Shown in pieces: positions 18,064 to 28,893 of a stretch of 48,281 nucleotides of DNA (position 1 is its first letter; the number at the start of each line of letters is the position of its first letter). The stretch covers positions 1 through 48,281 of the forward strand of contig JAJZNK010000015.1 of NCBI GenBank assembly GCA_021811735.1, written 5' to 3'. The stretch is from Nanobdellota archaeon (lineage in GTDB: Archaea; Nanobdellota; Nanobdellia; Parvarchaeales; Parvarchaeaceae). Position numbers and translations under genes: made by a program. The notes under the pieces were generated by a model that was not told the origin of the DNA, did no database searches, and was given only the letters and a program-made list of their open reading frames with translations.

Positions 18064-19542
18064 GTGGAAAAGGAAGCTTACGATATTATGTTGAATTCTG
18101 CGCTCAATTCTACTGCGCTTGCAGGTCACCACATTACTTCATTTGAGTACTTTATAGACAAGGGGTTACAGAGAATAATAGAAACTGAGGGGCTTGTAGA
18201 ACCGTCTATAAAGCCGACAGGTTTTAATGATTTTAAGATAAAGATAAATAAAATAACTATAGGTAAGCCAGACATAATAGAATCTGACAGCATAGTTAGG
18301 GCCATAATGCCGATGGAGGCGAGGATTAGAGATTTAACTTATGATGCACCGTTGATGATAACCGTTTCATATCTCGGAGACGGAAAAACCATTGCAGAAG
18401 AAGAAGTCTTCATAGGAAGAATGCCAATAGTGATAAAATCAAAATACTGTAACTTATATGGATTATCTAAAGAGGACCTTATCCACGCTAAAGAGGACCC
18501 TACGGATCCGGGTGGCTACTTTATTATAAACGGGACCGAGAGAATAATTATAACAACAGAAGATTTGGCTCCAAATAATATATTAATAACAAAAGATAAT
18601 CAAGAGGGCTTCAAGTTCAGCGCAAAAATATTTGCAGATGCAGATGCCATAAAAGTTCCGCATACTATCCAGCTCTCAAGCAGTAACCTCCTTTACATAA
18701 CTTTTGGAAAACTTAAGAGAGTCCCACTTGTTATGCTTATAAAGGCCTTAGGGGTTACAAATGAAAATGAGCTTATAAAGAAAATAGGAAAGGGCGATGA
18801 TGATATAATAAATACCGTAGATATGAACCTTATAGCCTTTGACATCGACACGGAAAATTCGGCATTGGATACGATAGGTAAGATGCTTCATTCGGTTCAT
18901 ACAAAAGAAACCGCTGAACTTAATATAGATTCATTGTTATTTCCTTTCTTTGGCAGAGACAAAGACTCAAGAAAAGTAAAAGCAGAATACTTGATGTTTA
19001 TTTCCAATCTATTGGTAAAAAGTGCCATCCGTGGAACAGAAGTTGACAAGGATCATTACTCAAACAAGAGGTTACACGCAGAAAGTTACAATCTAGACAT
19101 GTTATTTAGGTTCATATTTAAGCAGATACTTAACGATGCAAAATATAATTTCGAAAAGGGCATAAGGAAGGACAAGATACCTAGCCCTAAGTACATATTC
19201 ACATCTGATCAACTGACTGCGAGATTACGTTCCTCACTGGCAACTGGACAATGGGTTGGCGGGAGAGTTGGTATAACGCAGCACTTAGACAGGAGAAGTT
19301 TCCCTGCTACAATATCGCATCTTAGGAAAGTAGAGTCGCTTCTTACTTCAAATAGGGAAAACTACAGAGCCAGAGACCTGCATGGTACACAATTCGGCAG
19401 ATTCTGCGCAGTCGAGACCCCAGAAGGTCCAAAAATTGGTTTGACTAAAAATATGGCAACGCTTTCAATGATGTCAAAAGAAGGAGTAGATACAGCAACT
19501 ATAAAAGAACTCCTTAAAGACTACGGGGTGAAAAAGATATGA
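18064..19542 (+). CDS. rpoB2: DNA-directed RNA polymerase subunit B'' (N-terminal half of split subunit B)
   Basis: HHITSFEYFIDKGLQRII, GYFIINGTERIIIT, and ends with RFCAVETPEGPKIGLTKN...; GTG start 2 nt after the rpoH stop. Confidence 0.93.
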   Translation: MEKEAYDIMLNSALNSTALAGHHITSFEYFIDKGLQRIIETEGLVEPSIKPTGFNDFKIKINKITIGKPDIIESDSIVRAIMPMEARIRDLTYDAPLMITVSYLGDGKTIAEEEVFIGRMPIVIKSKYCNLYGLSKEDLIHAKEDPTDPGGYFIINGTERIIITTEDLAPNNILITKDNQEGFKFSAKIFADADAIKVPHTIQLSSSNLLYITFGKLKRVPLVMLIKALGVTNENELIKKIGKGDDDIINTVDMNLIAFDIDTENSALDTIGKMLHSVHTKETAELNIDSLLFPFFGRDKDSRKVKAEYLMFISNLLVKSAIRGTEVDKDHYSNKRLHAESYNLDMLFRFIFKQILNDAKYNFEKGIRKDKIPSPKYIFTSDQLTARLRSSLATGQWVGGRVGITQHLDRRSFPATISHLRKVESLLTSNRENYRARDLHGTQFGRFCAVETPEGPKIGLTKNMATLSMMSKEGVDTATIKELLKDYGVKKI

Positions 19543-21341
19543 GTTTCGTTTTTGTGAATGGCGTTCTTTCAGGCACTACGGATGATTCGGAAAAGTTGGT
19601 TAAATCAATAATAGAAGATAGGAGAATAGGAAAGATTCCAAAGGAAGTTAATGTTAGATACAGAAAAGATACAGATAGTGTCATGGTAAATTCAGATGGA
19701 GGCAGGCTTCTAAGGGCATTGATAGTAGTTAAGAATGGTAAGCCACTGGTTTCGAAAGATGATGTTAAATTACTTGCTGAAGGCCATATAAATTGGCAGG
19801 ATCTTATAGATAAAGGTAAAATAGAATATATCGACGCAGATGAAGAAGAACTCGCATTTACTGCTTTGAAGGAAGAGGACCTCACTCCAGCGCATACGCA
19901 TTTGGAGATAACTCCTTTATCAGTTTTCGGAACACAAGCCTCTCTGCTTCCATTTATAAATCACAGTAATGCACACAGAAATGTTACCGCTGTAAAAAGT
20001 GTGCAGCAGGGCGTTGGTGTATACACGACAAATTATCTCATAAGGCATGACAATGATTCTATGATTGCAATAGATCAGCAAGTACCTATTGTTAAGACAA
20101 AAATGTATGATAACGAAAATTTCAATTCCCATGTTTTCGGCCAGAATATAGTAGTAGCTGTATTGTCGTATCTCGGGTACAACATGGACGACGCGATAAT
20201 AATAAACAAATCCTCTGTAGAGAGAGGGTTGTTCAGAGCAATGTTCTTCAGACCTTATAAAGTAGAGGAGACCAAATATGTCGGCGGTCAAAGCGATCTT
20301 ATAACTATGCCGGACAAAGACGTGGCAGGCTACAGATCTGAAGAAGCATATAAATATCTTGATGAGGATGGGATATCAGCAGTAAATTCACATGTAAATA
20401 GTGGTGATGTTCTTATAGGTAGAGTATCTCCCCCAAGATTTGTATCCTCTATAGATAAGTTTAGGTTAGGGGTGCAAAAGCAGGTAGAATCTTCGATAGA
20501 GTGTCGTACTGGAGAGAGTGGAACAGTCGAAAATGTTTTCGTCACGTCTACTGCCGAAGGTAACAAATACATCTCACTTAAGATAAGACAAGACAGGAAA
20601 GTAGAAATAGGCGATAAATTTGGGCCAAGAAGCGGGCAGAAAGGAGTCGTAGGAATGCTCCTAAATCAAGAGGATATGCCGTTTACTTATTCAGGAATAG
20701 TGCCTGACCTCATCTTTTCCCCATATTCGATACCTACAAGAATGTCCATGGCGTATTTGCTTGAGTTAATTGGTGGAAAAGTAGGTGCATTGGGTGGAAG
20801 ACGTATCGATGGTACATCTTTCACAGGTGAAAAGGAAGAAGATTTAAGAAAAGAATTAATGGAATACGGGTTTAGAGAGAACGGCGTTGAAACGATGTAT
20901 AACGGAATAACTGGTGAAGAGATGCAAGTCAGGATTTTTGTGGGAGATATGACATACATACGTTTGAAACATTTCGTTGCTAACAAGATACAATGGAGGG
21001 CTAGAGGGCCGATTCAGTTGCTTAATAGACAACCAACAGAGGGTAAATCCAAGAGTGGTGGTCTAAGACTTGGGGAAATGGAGAAAGATTGTTTTGTTGC
21101 TTATGGTTCAGCTATGGCTCTGAAGGAAAGATTTGACTCTGATAAGATAACCATACCTGTTTGTTCGAAATGTGGAATGGTTTCGGTATATAATGTAAAG
21201 AAAAGGACTGGTTACTGTCCAATAGATGGTGAAGACGTTCAGATAAAACTGATTGAGGTTTCTGCCTCATTCAAGATATTGCTCGATGAGCTTAAAGCGG
21301 TAGGGATATATCCAAAAATGGTTTTGGGGAGTAAAGTATGA
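19539..21341 (+). CDS. rpoB1: DNA-directed RNA polymerase subunit B' (C-terminal half of split subunit B)
   Basis: GDKFGPRSGQKGV, FSPYSIPTRMSMAYLLE, LKHFVANKIQWRARGP, GGLRLGEMEKDC, C-terminal Zn-ribbon region. ATGA overlap with rpoB''. Confidence 0.93.
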   Translation: MSFVFVNGVLSGTTDDSEKLVKSIIEDRRIGKIPKEVNVRYRKDTDSVMVNSDGGRLLRALIVVKNGKPLVSKDDVKLLAEGHINWQDLIDKGKIEYIDADEEELAFTALKEEDLTPAHTHLEITPLSVFGTQASLLPFINHSNAHRNVTAVKSVQQGVGVYTTNYLIRHDNDSMIAIDQQVPIVKTKMYDNENFNSHVFGQNIVVAVLSYLGYNMDDAIIINKSSVERGLFRAMFFRPYKVEETKYVGGQSDLITMPDKDVAGYRSEEAYKYLDEDGISAVNSHVNSGDVLIGRVSPPRFVSSIDKFRLGVQKQVESSIECRTGESGTVENVFVTSTAEGNKYISLKIRQDRKVEIGDKFGPRSGQKGVVGMLLNQEDMPFTYSGIVPDLIFSPYSIPTRMSMAYLLELIGGKVGALGGRRIDGTSFTGEKEEDLRKELMEYGFRENGVETMYNGITGEEMQVRIFVGDMTYIRLKHFVANKIQWRARGPIQLLNRQPTEGKSKSGGLRLGEMEKDCFVAYGSAMALKERFDSDKITIPVCSKCGMVSVYNVKKRTGYCPIDGEDVQIKLIEVSASFKILLDELKAVGIYPKMVLGSKV

Positions 21342-23860
21342 AATTAGACTCAAATTTTGTTTTCAGTAAGATAGCTTCACTGGAGTTTGGTATCCTTTCT
21401 CCTAAAACTATACAGAAAATGAGTGCAGTCGCAATAACATCGTCAGAACTTTATGATATAGATGGATTCCCAGTAGATGGTGGTTTATCTGACCTTAGAA
21501 TGGGGGTAATAGATCCTGGACTGACATGTAAAACTTGTGGAAATACAATAAGAGATTGTCCAGGCCACTTTGGCCACTTGGAGCTGGCAAGACCTGTGTT
21601 TAATATCAAGACAGTGCCCTACGTTTATAACATATTGAATGCGACTTGTAATTCATGTGGTAGGGTACTTATATCTGATGATCACTTAAAAAAACTGAGC
21701 GAGGAGATAATATCCGCTGAGATAAATGAAGGGCATAAGAAGAAGATAAAACTTATTAAAGCACTTATAAAGCATGCAAAAAATGTTACTGTCTGTCCGT
21801 TTTGTAGGACAAAACAGGCCAAGGTAAAGCTGGAGAAACCGTATACTTTTGTTGATGCCGACCAAAAATTGACACCTATAGATGTACTTAACAGGCTGGA
21901 AAAAATAAAAGATTCCGATTTGCAGTTCTTTGGGTTGGATCCAGATTATTCCAGACCAGAATGGATGATAGTATCGATACTTGCCGTTCCGCCTATAACT
22001 ATAAGGCCTTCGATAACGCTGGAGAATGGACAGAGAAGTGAAGATGACCTTACCCACAAATTAACAGACATTGTAAGAACAAATCAGAGACTTGCAGAGA
22101 ATATAAGGTCTGGTGCCCCAGAAATTATAATAGACGAGCTTTGGGACCTCCTTCAGTATCATATAACTACTTTTATATCAAACGATTCTGCGCAAGTTCC
22201 AGTGGCACGACAGAAATCCAATAAGAAACTGAAAAGTCTCGAAGATAGAATAAAAGGAAAGGAAGGTCTTTTCAGAGGATCCGGTCTGGCTAAACGTGTG
22301 AATTACGGTGCAAGATCAGTGATATCCCCAGATTCGTTTCTTAGATTTGATGAAGTCGGTGTACCTCTAAAGGTTGCAAAAGAAATAACTTATCCTGAGC
22401 GCGTTACCGACATAAACATAGACCGACTGAAAAGCCTTGTCAAAAGCTTCGATGCTTATCCCGGTGCTAATTATGTAATAACTCCAGATGGAATAAAAAA
22501 GAAAATAACAGAGACTACTGTTAGTAATATATTAGATGAGCTTAAAGTAGGTTACATAGTTGAAAGACACATTAAAGATGGTGATATAATACTATTCAAT
22601 CGTCAACCTTCACTTCATCGTTTATCAATAATGGGCCACAGCGTTAAGGTATTACCCTACAGCACTCTCGGGATAAACCCAGCATCTACTCTTCCATACA
22701 ATGCAGACTTCGACGGAGATGAAATGAACATACACGTGTTGCAGAACGAAGAAGCGCTTGCAGAGGCTGACATGATTATAAACATAAAAAACAACATAGT
22801 TTCACCAAGGCATGGTCTTCCTTTGATAGGAGCAGCGCAAGACTACGTTTCTGGATGTGCGTTACTGACTTCAGGTGAAACAACTTTTGAAAAAGAGAAG
22901 GTTGAGTTCTTACTTTCAAATATAGGTATAATAACAACACTAAAGAACAAAAAATATTCTGGGAGGGAGATATTCAGCATGATTCTACCGGACGATTTGA
23001 ATTTTGAAAGTAACAGTAGTACATACAAAATTACAAAGGATGACGATTCGATAGTTAAGATAAAGAATGGTAAGCTTGTCAGCGGAGTGATAGACGCGGC
23101 AACAATTGGAAGAGAAAGTGGTAGCCTTCTTCAATTCCTTTTCGTAAGATATGGTTCTGATGTTACCGCGAAGTTCATAGACCAGGCAAATAAAATAGGG
23201 TTGATGTCTCTTTTTATGATGGGTATGAGCGTAAACATACGTGATTTTGATATTCCTAAAGCCGCAAATACCGATATAGAAAAAGTGGTTGCTGACGCAG
23301 AAAAAGAAGTATCTGAACTTTTAAAGGATTATGACGATGTAGCTGAAGCAAAGATTCTTAGTATTGCGAATAAAACGAGGATCAAGGTCAGGAACATAAT
23401 AGATACCTATATAGAAAAGAAAAACAACAATGTAGAGTCTATGATTACAACGGGTGCTAAGGGCAGTATAACAAATCTTATACCAACTGTTGGACTTGTA
23501 GGTCAGCAGATGTTGAGAGACGTAAGAATTAGCAATGGTTTCTCCGATAGACTTACTTCACATTTTAAGAAAAATGATAATGGGCTTATTGCAAGAGGAT
23601 TTATCGTTTCAAATTATAGAGAGGGCTTGAATCCCGTGGAATATTTCCTTCACTCAGCAAGTAGTAGAGAGGGGTTAATGGACAATGTTATCCGTACACC
23701 GATTTCAGGGTACATGCAGAGAAGGTTGTCTTCTGCACTTCAAGATTTAAAGGTAAGCGACGACCTTTCAGTAAGACTTGGCTCATCCATAGTACAGTTT
23801 AAGTACGGAGAAGATGGATTGGATGTATCAGCCAGTGACAAGGGGGATCTTAAGTTATGA
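21338..23860 (+). CDS. rpoA1: DNA-directed RNA polymerase subunit A'
   Basis: Zn motifs [17 protein letters not shown] and CNSCG...CPFC; catalytic [10 protein letters not shown]; 840 aa. ATGA overlap with rpoB'. Confidence 0.95.
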   Translation: MKLDSNFVFSKIASLEFGILSPKTIQKMSAVAITSSELYDIDGFPVDGGLSDLRMGVIDPGLTCKTCGNTIRDCPGHFGHLELARPVFNIKTVPYVYNILNATCNSCGRVLISDDHLKKLSEEIISAEINEGHKKKIKLIKALIKHAKNVTVCPFCRTKQAKVKLEKPYTFVDADQKLTPIDVLNRLEKIKDSDLQFFGLDPDYSRPEWMIVSILAVPPITIRPSITLENGQRSEDDLTHKLTDIVRTNQRLAENIRSGAPEIIIDELWDLLQYHITTFISNDSAQVPVARQKSNKKLKSLEDRIKGKEGLFRGSGLAKRVNYGARSVISPDSFLRFDEVGVPLKVAKEITYPERVTDINIDRLKSLVKSFDAYPGANYVITPDGIKKKITETTVSNILDELKVGYIVERHIKDGDIILFNRQPSLHRLSIMGHSVKVLPYSTLGINPASTLPYNADFDGDEMNIHVLQNEEALAEADMIINIKNNIVSPRHGLPLIGAAQDYVSGCALLTSGETTFEKEKVEFLLSNIGIITTLKNKKYSGREIFSMILPDDLNFESNSSTYKITKDDDSIVKIKNGKLVSGVIDAATIGRESGSLLQFLFVRYGSDVTAKFIDQANKIGLMSLFMMGMSVNIRDFDIPKAANTDIEKVVADAEKEVSELLKDYDDVAEAKILSIANKTRIKVRNIIDTYIEKKNNNVESMITTGAKGSITNLIPTVGLVGQQMLRDVRISNGFSDRLTSHFKKNDNGLIARGFIVSNYREGLNPVEYFLHSASSREGLMDNVIRTPISGYMQRRLSSALQDLKVSDDLSVRLGSSIVQFKYGEDGLDVSASDKGDLKL

Positions 23861-24984
23861 AAATAGAAATTCCTGAAAAATATATAATTGCATTTAAGAA
23901 AAAATACGGAGAGGATGCCGACATATCTGAGCTTGAGAAGATATACATAAGATCTTTAGTTACTCCTGGTGAAGCAGTGGGAGTAATCGCTGCTCAGAGT
24001 ATAGGTGAAGCAAGTACTCAGCTTACTCTTAGGACAAAACACGCGGCAGGTCTTTCGGTTATAAATACCACTACTGGTTTGCCAAGGTTAGTAGAAATAT
24101 TCGATGCTAAAAAGGATATCTCAACACCATTTATGGATATATACTTAAAGCCAGAATATTCAAAATCAAAAGAGAAGGCAGGAGATTTCGCATCAAAAAT
24201 AATCGAGATAAAAATAGGGGACGTAACATCATCCTACACAGTATCCTTAAGGAAGAAGGAGATAATGTTCACGATGGATAAAGCGCTGATAAAGGATTAC
24301 GGTTTTACTGTAAAAGATGTAACTTCAAGATTATCAAATATGAAAGTATCGACAACACTAGAGGGTGATCAGTTGCTCGTCGTGGATAAATCTGCCGACA
24401 GCGTTAAGAAACTTATACGGTTAAGAAACAAGATAGTTAACATCACAGTTTCTGGTATTTCGAATGTTTCCAGAGCTATACTAAACCAGAATAAGGAGGG
24501 GGAATATTGGGTAAAAACAATAGGAACAAATCTTACAGAAGTATTAAAAATGGAAGAAGTTGATACTTCTAAAACAGTTTCGAATGATATAATAGAGGTC
24601 TCAAAGGTATTAGGGATAGAATCTGCAAGAAACCTTATCATAGAAGAGGTGAGGGGCACACTTGAAAATGTAGGTCTTATCGTTGACTTAAGACATATCT
24701 TCCTGATAGCCGATGCAATGTGTCTGGATGGGACTGTAAGAGGTATAGGTAGGTACGGATTAAGCGGAGAAGCAGACTCTGTGCTTGCGAGAGCATCGTT
24801 CGAAGTTCCATTTAAGCACTTAGTTGAAGCTGGATTATATCACGAATCTGATCCATTTAAATACGTTGCGAACAATATAGTCTCTAATCAGGTAATCCCA
24901 GTGGGAACAGGAGAAGTAAAATTAGTGGTGAAAGAAAATGGAAAAGGACATAGCAAAGAAAATGCAGGAGAAAATAAAGAGTAA
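23857..24984 (+). CDS. rpoA2: DNA-directed RNA polymerase subunit A''
   Basis: [25 protein letters not shown] (trigger-loop region), and the C-terminal [18 protein letters not shown] overlap with rpoA'. Confidence 0.93.
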   Translation: MKIEIPEKYIIAFKKKYGEDADISELEKIYIRSLVTPGEAVGVIAAQSIGEASTQLTLRTKHAAGLSVINTTTGLPRLVEIFDAKKDISTPFMDIYLKPEYSKSKEKAGDFASKIIEIKIGDVTSSYTVSLRKKEIMFTMDKALIKDYGFTVKDVTSRLSNMKVSTTLEGDQLLVVDKSADSVKKLIRLRNKIVNITVSGISNVSRAILNQNKEGEYWVKTIGTNLTEVLKMEEVDTSKTVSNDIIEVSKVLGIESARNLIIEEVRGTLENVGLIVDLRHIFLIADAMCLDGTVRGIGRYGLSGEADSVLARASFEVPFKHLVEAGLYHESDPFKYVANNIVSNQVIPVGTGEVKLVVKENGKGHSKENAGENKE

Positions 24985-25195
24985 TAAAGTTTTTGTAGGA
25001 CTAAACTCAACTTTAAGGGCTTATAAAAATGGTGAATTAGCATTCATAGTGTATGCAAGCAATGCAAGTGAGGAAATAATAAACAAGCTAGATTCCGTTG
25101 ATACAGAAAAATATGCATACACTGGGGACAGTGATGCTCTGTCAATAGCATGTGGAAAATCCTACGGAGTAACTGTGCTCGGAATAAAGAAATAA
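24938..25195 (+). CDS. rpl30e: 50S ribosomal protein L30e
   Basis: The pattern [33 protein letters not shown]...[21 protein letters not shown] matches L30e, and the position after rpoA'' is conserved. Overlaps the rpoA'' 3' end by 47 nt if the ATG at 24938 is used. Confidence 0.85.
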   Translation: MEKDIAKKMQEKIKSNKVFVGLNSTLRAYKNGELAFIVYASNASEEIINKLDSVDTEKYAYTGDSDALSIACGKSYGVTVLGIKK

Positions 25196-25198
25196 GAT

Positions 25199-25609
25199 AT
25201 GAATATAAAATTTGATAATGACATTATACTCTCGATGAATCTATTCTCTGATGTTACAAGTGTTATCCCAAGAGACTGTATAAATTTTGAGGACAAGACG
25301 ATATTTGTTGTAAACCAGGGACAGGCTGGCCTTGCAATAGGGAAGAATGGCATTAAAATAAAGATGTTACAAGAAATGCTAAAGAAAGAAGTTATTGTAA
25401 TAGAATATTCTGATGATCCTGTAAAGCTTTTCGAAAATGTTATAAGGCCAAATAAACTTATTTCTGGATACATAACAGTATCTGGGAATCCGCAAAATAA
25501 CAAAAAAGTAGAAGCTTCGGTCGACGGAAAAGTAAGTAATAACAGGATTAGGCTGATAAAAATGCTAATGCAAAGGTATTTTAATATAGTTAGTATAAAT
25601 ATTAAATAA
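25199..25609 (+). CDS. nusA: Archaeal NusA-like transcription termination/antitermination protein (two KH domains)
   Basis: KH GxxG motif GLAIGKNGIKIKML; 136 aa; conserved position between rpl30e and rps12. Confidence 0.85.
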   Translation: MNIKFDNDIILSMNLFSDVTSVIPRDCINFEDKTIFVVNQGQAGLAIGKNGIKIKMLQEMLKKEVIVIEYSDDPVKLFENVIRPNKLISGYITVSGNPQNNKKVEASVDGKVSNNRIRLIKMLMQRYFNIVSINIK

Positions 25610-25614
25610 AAAAT

Positions 25615-26052
25615 ATGGGAAATAAAACACGAGGGCTTTTTAATGGGAAGATGTTGCTAAAAAGAAAAGATAGAGTTAGGTTTAGCAAGAATAAGAGTAA
25701 ATCGTACTTCAGCGGAAGTTGGAAGAAGAATGACCCATTGGCAGGAGCGCCGCAAGCAAGAGGAATAGTGCTTGAAAAGGTTGAAATAACCCCTAAGAAG
25801 CCTTCATCTGGAAAGAGGAAATCATGCAAGGTCCAGCTTACTAAAAATGGAAAGGTAATAACAGCGTATATACCTTGGAGTAAGGGAGTTTCATTTGTCG
25901 ATGAACATAACGATGTCATAGTTGAAAGGATAGGTGGGGCCCAGAAAGGTGCGAGAGGAGACCTTCCAGGAGTTAAGTTTAAGATTACAAAAGTGAATGG
26001 GATTTCATTAAAGGAACTTGTCAAGGGAAGGAAGCAAAAACCCGTGAGATAA
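25615..26052 (+). CDS. rps12: 30S ribosomal protein S12 (uS12)
   Basis: DPLAGAPQARGIVLEKV..., KKPSSGKRK, DEHNDVIVERIGG and GDLPGVKFKITKVNGISLKELVKGRKQKP match archaeal S12 closely. Confidence 0.95.
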   Translation: MGNKTRGLFNGKMLLKRKDRVRFSKNKSKSYFSGSWKKNDPLAGAPQARGIVLEKVEITPKKPSSGKRKSCKVQLTKNGKVITAYIPWSKGVSFVDEHNDVIVERIGGAQKGARGDLPGVKFKITKVNGISLKELVKGRKQKPVR

Positions 26053-26053
26053 A

Positions 26054-26677
26054 ATGGAAAAAGAATCAACCGAAATAAAAAATGAAAAGGAAATAAAGCT
26101 ATTTAATAAGTATAGTTTTGAAGGAGTTGTAGTTAATGATTCCGGCCTTAAAAACGTGATATCATTAAAGCATGTGATAATCCCAAAAACATCTGGTAGA
26201 ATGTCGCAACAGAGGCTAGCGAGGTCCAGGATGAATTTAGTAGAAAGACTTATAACGCATCTAATGATACCGGGTCACAAAGGGAAAAAACACTTAAGAA
26301 CAAGTAAATTAATGTCCGGACGATTTTATACTGCAGTAAATCTCGTTGACAAGGCTTTTGATAGGATTAGCCAAGACGGTTCCAATCCAATACAGGTTTT
26401 AGTGAAGGCAGTGGAAAATTCAGCGCCAAGAGAAGAAGTTATGACGCTTCTTATAGGGGGGCAGAGAATCGCAAAACAAGTAGACACAGCACCTATTCGA
26501 AGAGTAGACCTTGCACTTAGATGGATAGCAGAGGGAACATATCAGCTTTCTGCAACTGGTAAAAAAGCGGATCAGGCACTCTACGAGATATTAACCCAGG
26601 CTGCCAACAACCAAGATATAGTCTTTCCGATATCAAAAAGAATAGATACAGAGAGACAAGCATCTTCAAGCAGATAA
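26054..26677 (+). CDS. rps7: 30S ribosomal protein S7 (uS7)
   Basis: LVERLITHLMIPGHKGKK..., AVENSAPREEV and the C-terminal ERQASSSR pattern; conserved position after rps12. Confidence 0.9.
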   Translation: MEKESTEIKNEKEIKLFNKYSFEGVVVNDSGLKNVISLKHVIIPKTSGRMSQQRLARSRMNLVERLITHLMIPGHKGKKHLRTSKLMSGRFYTAVNLVDKAFDRISQDGSNPIQVLVKAVENSAPREEVMTLLIGGQRIAKQVDTAPIRRVDLALRWIAEGTYQLSATGKKADQALYEILTQAANNQDIVFPISKRIDTERQASSSR

Positions 26678-26687
26678 TGGTTTTAGA

Positions 26688-27434
26688 TTAAGGAGATATT
26701 TTTTTTATAAAAAGAAGGAAACCAGTATGCAGAATTCCATTGCTTTCAGGTCTTAATATGTCCCGTTCTATCTCCGTTTTCCAATTTATCTCATTGTTTT
26801 GAATTAGTCTTTCCACTGCGAAGTTCTTCGGAAGGCTCCTCATGGTCTTTTCAATCTGTATTATTGAGGGTGAGTAGGTGACTATTCTTGCTCCAACAAC
26901 GAAATTTTTTTCTATTTTTGGAATTACTTCCCACGGATCTGGCAAATCAACAATTCCGCAGTCAAAGCCCTTTTCCTTTATTCCGTTTCTTACATCTTTG
27001 TTTAAAAATTTTATATTATCAAGTTCAAATAAAGCAGCGTTTTTCGTTGCCACTTTAATAAATTCTTTTCTTAGTTCGTATGAATACACTTTTATTTCTT
27101 TGGAAAGATTTGCTATAACACATGCATTTACCCCGGATCCGCTGCCAGCGTCAAAAACTTTGCTGCCATTTTTTATGCCAAGATACATTATGATGCTTCC
27201 AATATCCTTGAGAGTTATTATCTGGGGAAGTCTTATAACTTTTTTAACAAGATCCGGAGCAGTTGGGTCAACAACATAAAAAATATTACCCGTATGAGTT
27301 TTTATCTTTGAACCTTTTTTTGCTTTTTTCAGCGCTTTTGATTTTATTATCCCGAATTGAGTATTGCTGTCTTTATCCTTATCTAAAAAAATGAAGCCTT
27401 TCTCATTAATAAGTAAAATCTTTTTACTGCTCAT
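26688..27434 (-). CDS. trmI: tRNA (adenine-N1)-methyltransferase TrmI/Gcd14 family
   Basis: SAM motif VFDAGSGSGVNA and catalytic-region motif VDLPDPWEV, typical of TrmI; 248 aa. Confidence 0.8.
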   Translation of the reverse strand: MSSKKILLINEKGFIFLDKDKDSNTQFGIIKSKALKKAKKGSKIKTHTGNIFYVVDPTAPDLVKKVIRLPQIITLKDIGSIIMYLGIKNGSKVFDAGSGSGVNACVIANLSKEIKVYSYELRKEFIKVATKNAALFELDNIKFLNKDVRNGIKEKGFDCGIVDLPDPWEVIPKIEKNFVVGARIVTYSPSIIQIEKTMRSLPKNFAVERLIQNNEINWKTEIERDILRPESNGILHTGFLLFIKKISP

Positions 27435-28225
27435 AAAACGTCCGAGATTATATTTACCATGCTTCCAAAGGATTTACCGTTTGCAATTTTCTGTGCATCT
27501 GTAATTATAAAAGTTATAGTTTTATATGCGCTTCCATATCCCATCGCATTTATAAAATCTTTTTTATTTATTATCTTCTTTTTTAGGATTTGTACTATTA
27601 CCTTAGTATCGTTTTTACCATAATCACACAGAAACACATTTTTTTCAATATTTTTTGGATTTTTGAAGCCATTTCTACCAAGTAGATCTGTCATGCTCAC
27701 AGGAGGACTTGCTTTACTTATATTCTCCAATCGTTTCTGCAGTTTAGGTTTATTTTCATTGCCAGTATCCGAACCTTTTTTATTTATAATGTTTTTTACG
27801 TCGTCTAAGCTTAAACTCTGTTCATATATGTAATCTGACTTTTCTCCAGTCTGGTTATCTTGCGCTGATACTTTTTTAATAAAGTCGGTAAGATTCTGGG
27901 ATAGGTATCTTTCTGCAGACGACAAAGAATCCAGATTGATTACTTTTGATTCTCTTACTTTTGCAATTAATGTTTTTTCTTGGCTATTTAAAGTTTGCAT
28001 TAAAATTTCCAATGCTTTTTCATGGTCTTTTTCAAGAAAGTAAACTGGGGAAGATCCAAACTTTCGTTGAGTTTTTCTTATTTCCCCCCTGGATACAAAA
28101 TAATCGACTATTGTCTGGGCTTGAAGAGTGTCTTTTTCTATACTTTCCGCTATTTCTAGTACCATAGCAGGTCCTTTGTCGAGTCTTCCCATTATGTTAT
28201 TATGAATTTCATTTATATCTTCCAT
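27431..28225 (-). CDS. Hypothetical protein: N-terminal winged-helix-like domain, possible C-terminal PD-(D/E)xK-like domain
   Basis: The N-terminus (PAMVLEIAESIEKDTLQAQTIVDYFVSRGEIRKTQ...SPVYFL) looks like a wHTH. In the C-terminus (FLCDYGKNDTKVIVQILKKK...ITFIITD), a D...QxK pattern loosely resembles Mrr-type nuclease folds. Overlaps trmI by 4 nt. The domain calls are tentative. Confidence 0.35.
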   Translation of the reverse strand: MEDINEIHNNIMGRLDKGPAMVLEIAESIEKDTLQAQTIVDYFVSRGEIRKTQRKFGSSPVYFLEKDHEKALEILMQTLNSQEKTLIAKVRESKVINLDSLSSAERYLSQNLTDFIKKVSAQDNQTGEKSDYIYEQSLSLDDVKNIINKKGSDTGNENKPKLQKRLENISKASPPVSMTDLLGRNGFKNPKNIEKNVFLCDYGKNDTKVIVQILKKKIINKKDFINAMGYGSAYKTITFIITDAQKIANGKSFGSMVNIISDVL

Positions 28226-28365
28226 TTTTAGTTATAACACATATCATTTATATCTTGCAAATTTTAATATTATTAGTATATCTGGCATGGTATTAAAGTA
28301 CGGCAGTTTCATAAGTATCTGGTCTTTAATAAAACATATATCAGCCCGGAGAACACTATGATTTT

Positions 28366-28893
28366 ATGAATAAGAAAGGACAGATTTTTACAATTGATCT
28401 TTTAATTGCATTGTTTATATTTCTGCTTCTTTTCACAACAGTATTGCTTTTTCTCTATTCGACTGCTGATATAAACAACACTTATTCCACTTACTACTCG
28501 CAGATAGCTTCTAATTATATAAATAACCTAGCTGTCCAAGGTGCCAATTCTCTTATAGGTTCGGTTGGATACCCTCAAGATTGGCCCTCGGTTTCGTGCA
28601 GCAGTATAAAACAAATGGGCGTGATGCATAATACTTTGGAGGCATCACCATCCAAGTTATACAATATTACGGCCCTGCCGGTTTCATGTCTTTCCGCACT
28701 TTTAAAGGGAGGGAATTCGTTTAATATAACATTTTACTATCTAAACAGTTCTATGTTGAAGATAAATTCGGTACCAATAACAGTAGGTTTCCCGATAGAC
28801 TTTTCTGCTAGCTACATTGCGTCTATAGACCGATTTATAGTCCTATATCCTGGGAACGAAATAATACGACTTTCATACACGGAGTGGACATGA
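28366..28893 (+). CDS. Class III signal peptide (type IV pilin-like) protein
   Basis: The N-terminus MNKKGQ/IFTIDLLIALFIFLLLFTTVLLFLY has a short basic leader, a KGQ processing-site-like motif and a hydrophobic helix. The rest is S/T/N-rich. Confidence 0.65.
   Translation: MNKKGQIFTIDLLIALFIFLLLFTTVLLFLYSTADINNTYSTYYSQIASNYINNLAVQGANSLIGSVGYPQDWPSVSCSSIKQMGVMHNTLEASPSKLYNITALPVSCLSALLKGGNSFNITFYYLNSSMLKINSVPITVGFPIDFSASYIASIDRFIVLYPGNEIIRLSYTEWT

Noticed and set aside
24938-24984. rpoA''/rpl30e overlap considered as evidence of frameshifting or a mis-assembled junction
   Set aside because: Both reading frames show family-typical sequence on either side, and L30e similarity begins right at the MEKD... 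N-terminus. A plain overlapping gene pair is the simplest explanation.
25602-26069. 155-aa minus-strand ORF, and similar long antisense ORFs (19514..19885, 19920..20291, 21686..22057, 34080..34538, 34535..34900, 36270..36638, 38920..39264)
   Set aside because: All lie antisense to genes with strong family signatures (S12, rpoB', rpoA', the TIM-barrel protein, VIT/DUF211, KaiC-like). They have low-complexity, Ser/Phe/Leu-rich translations typical of shadow ORFs.
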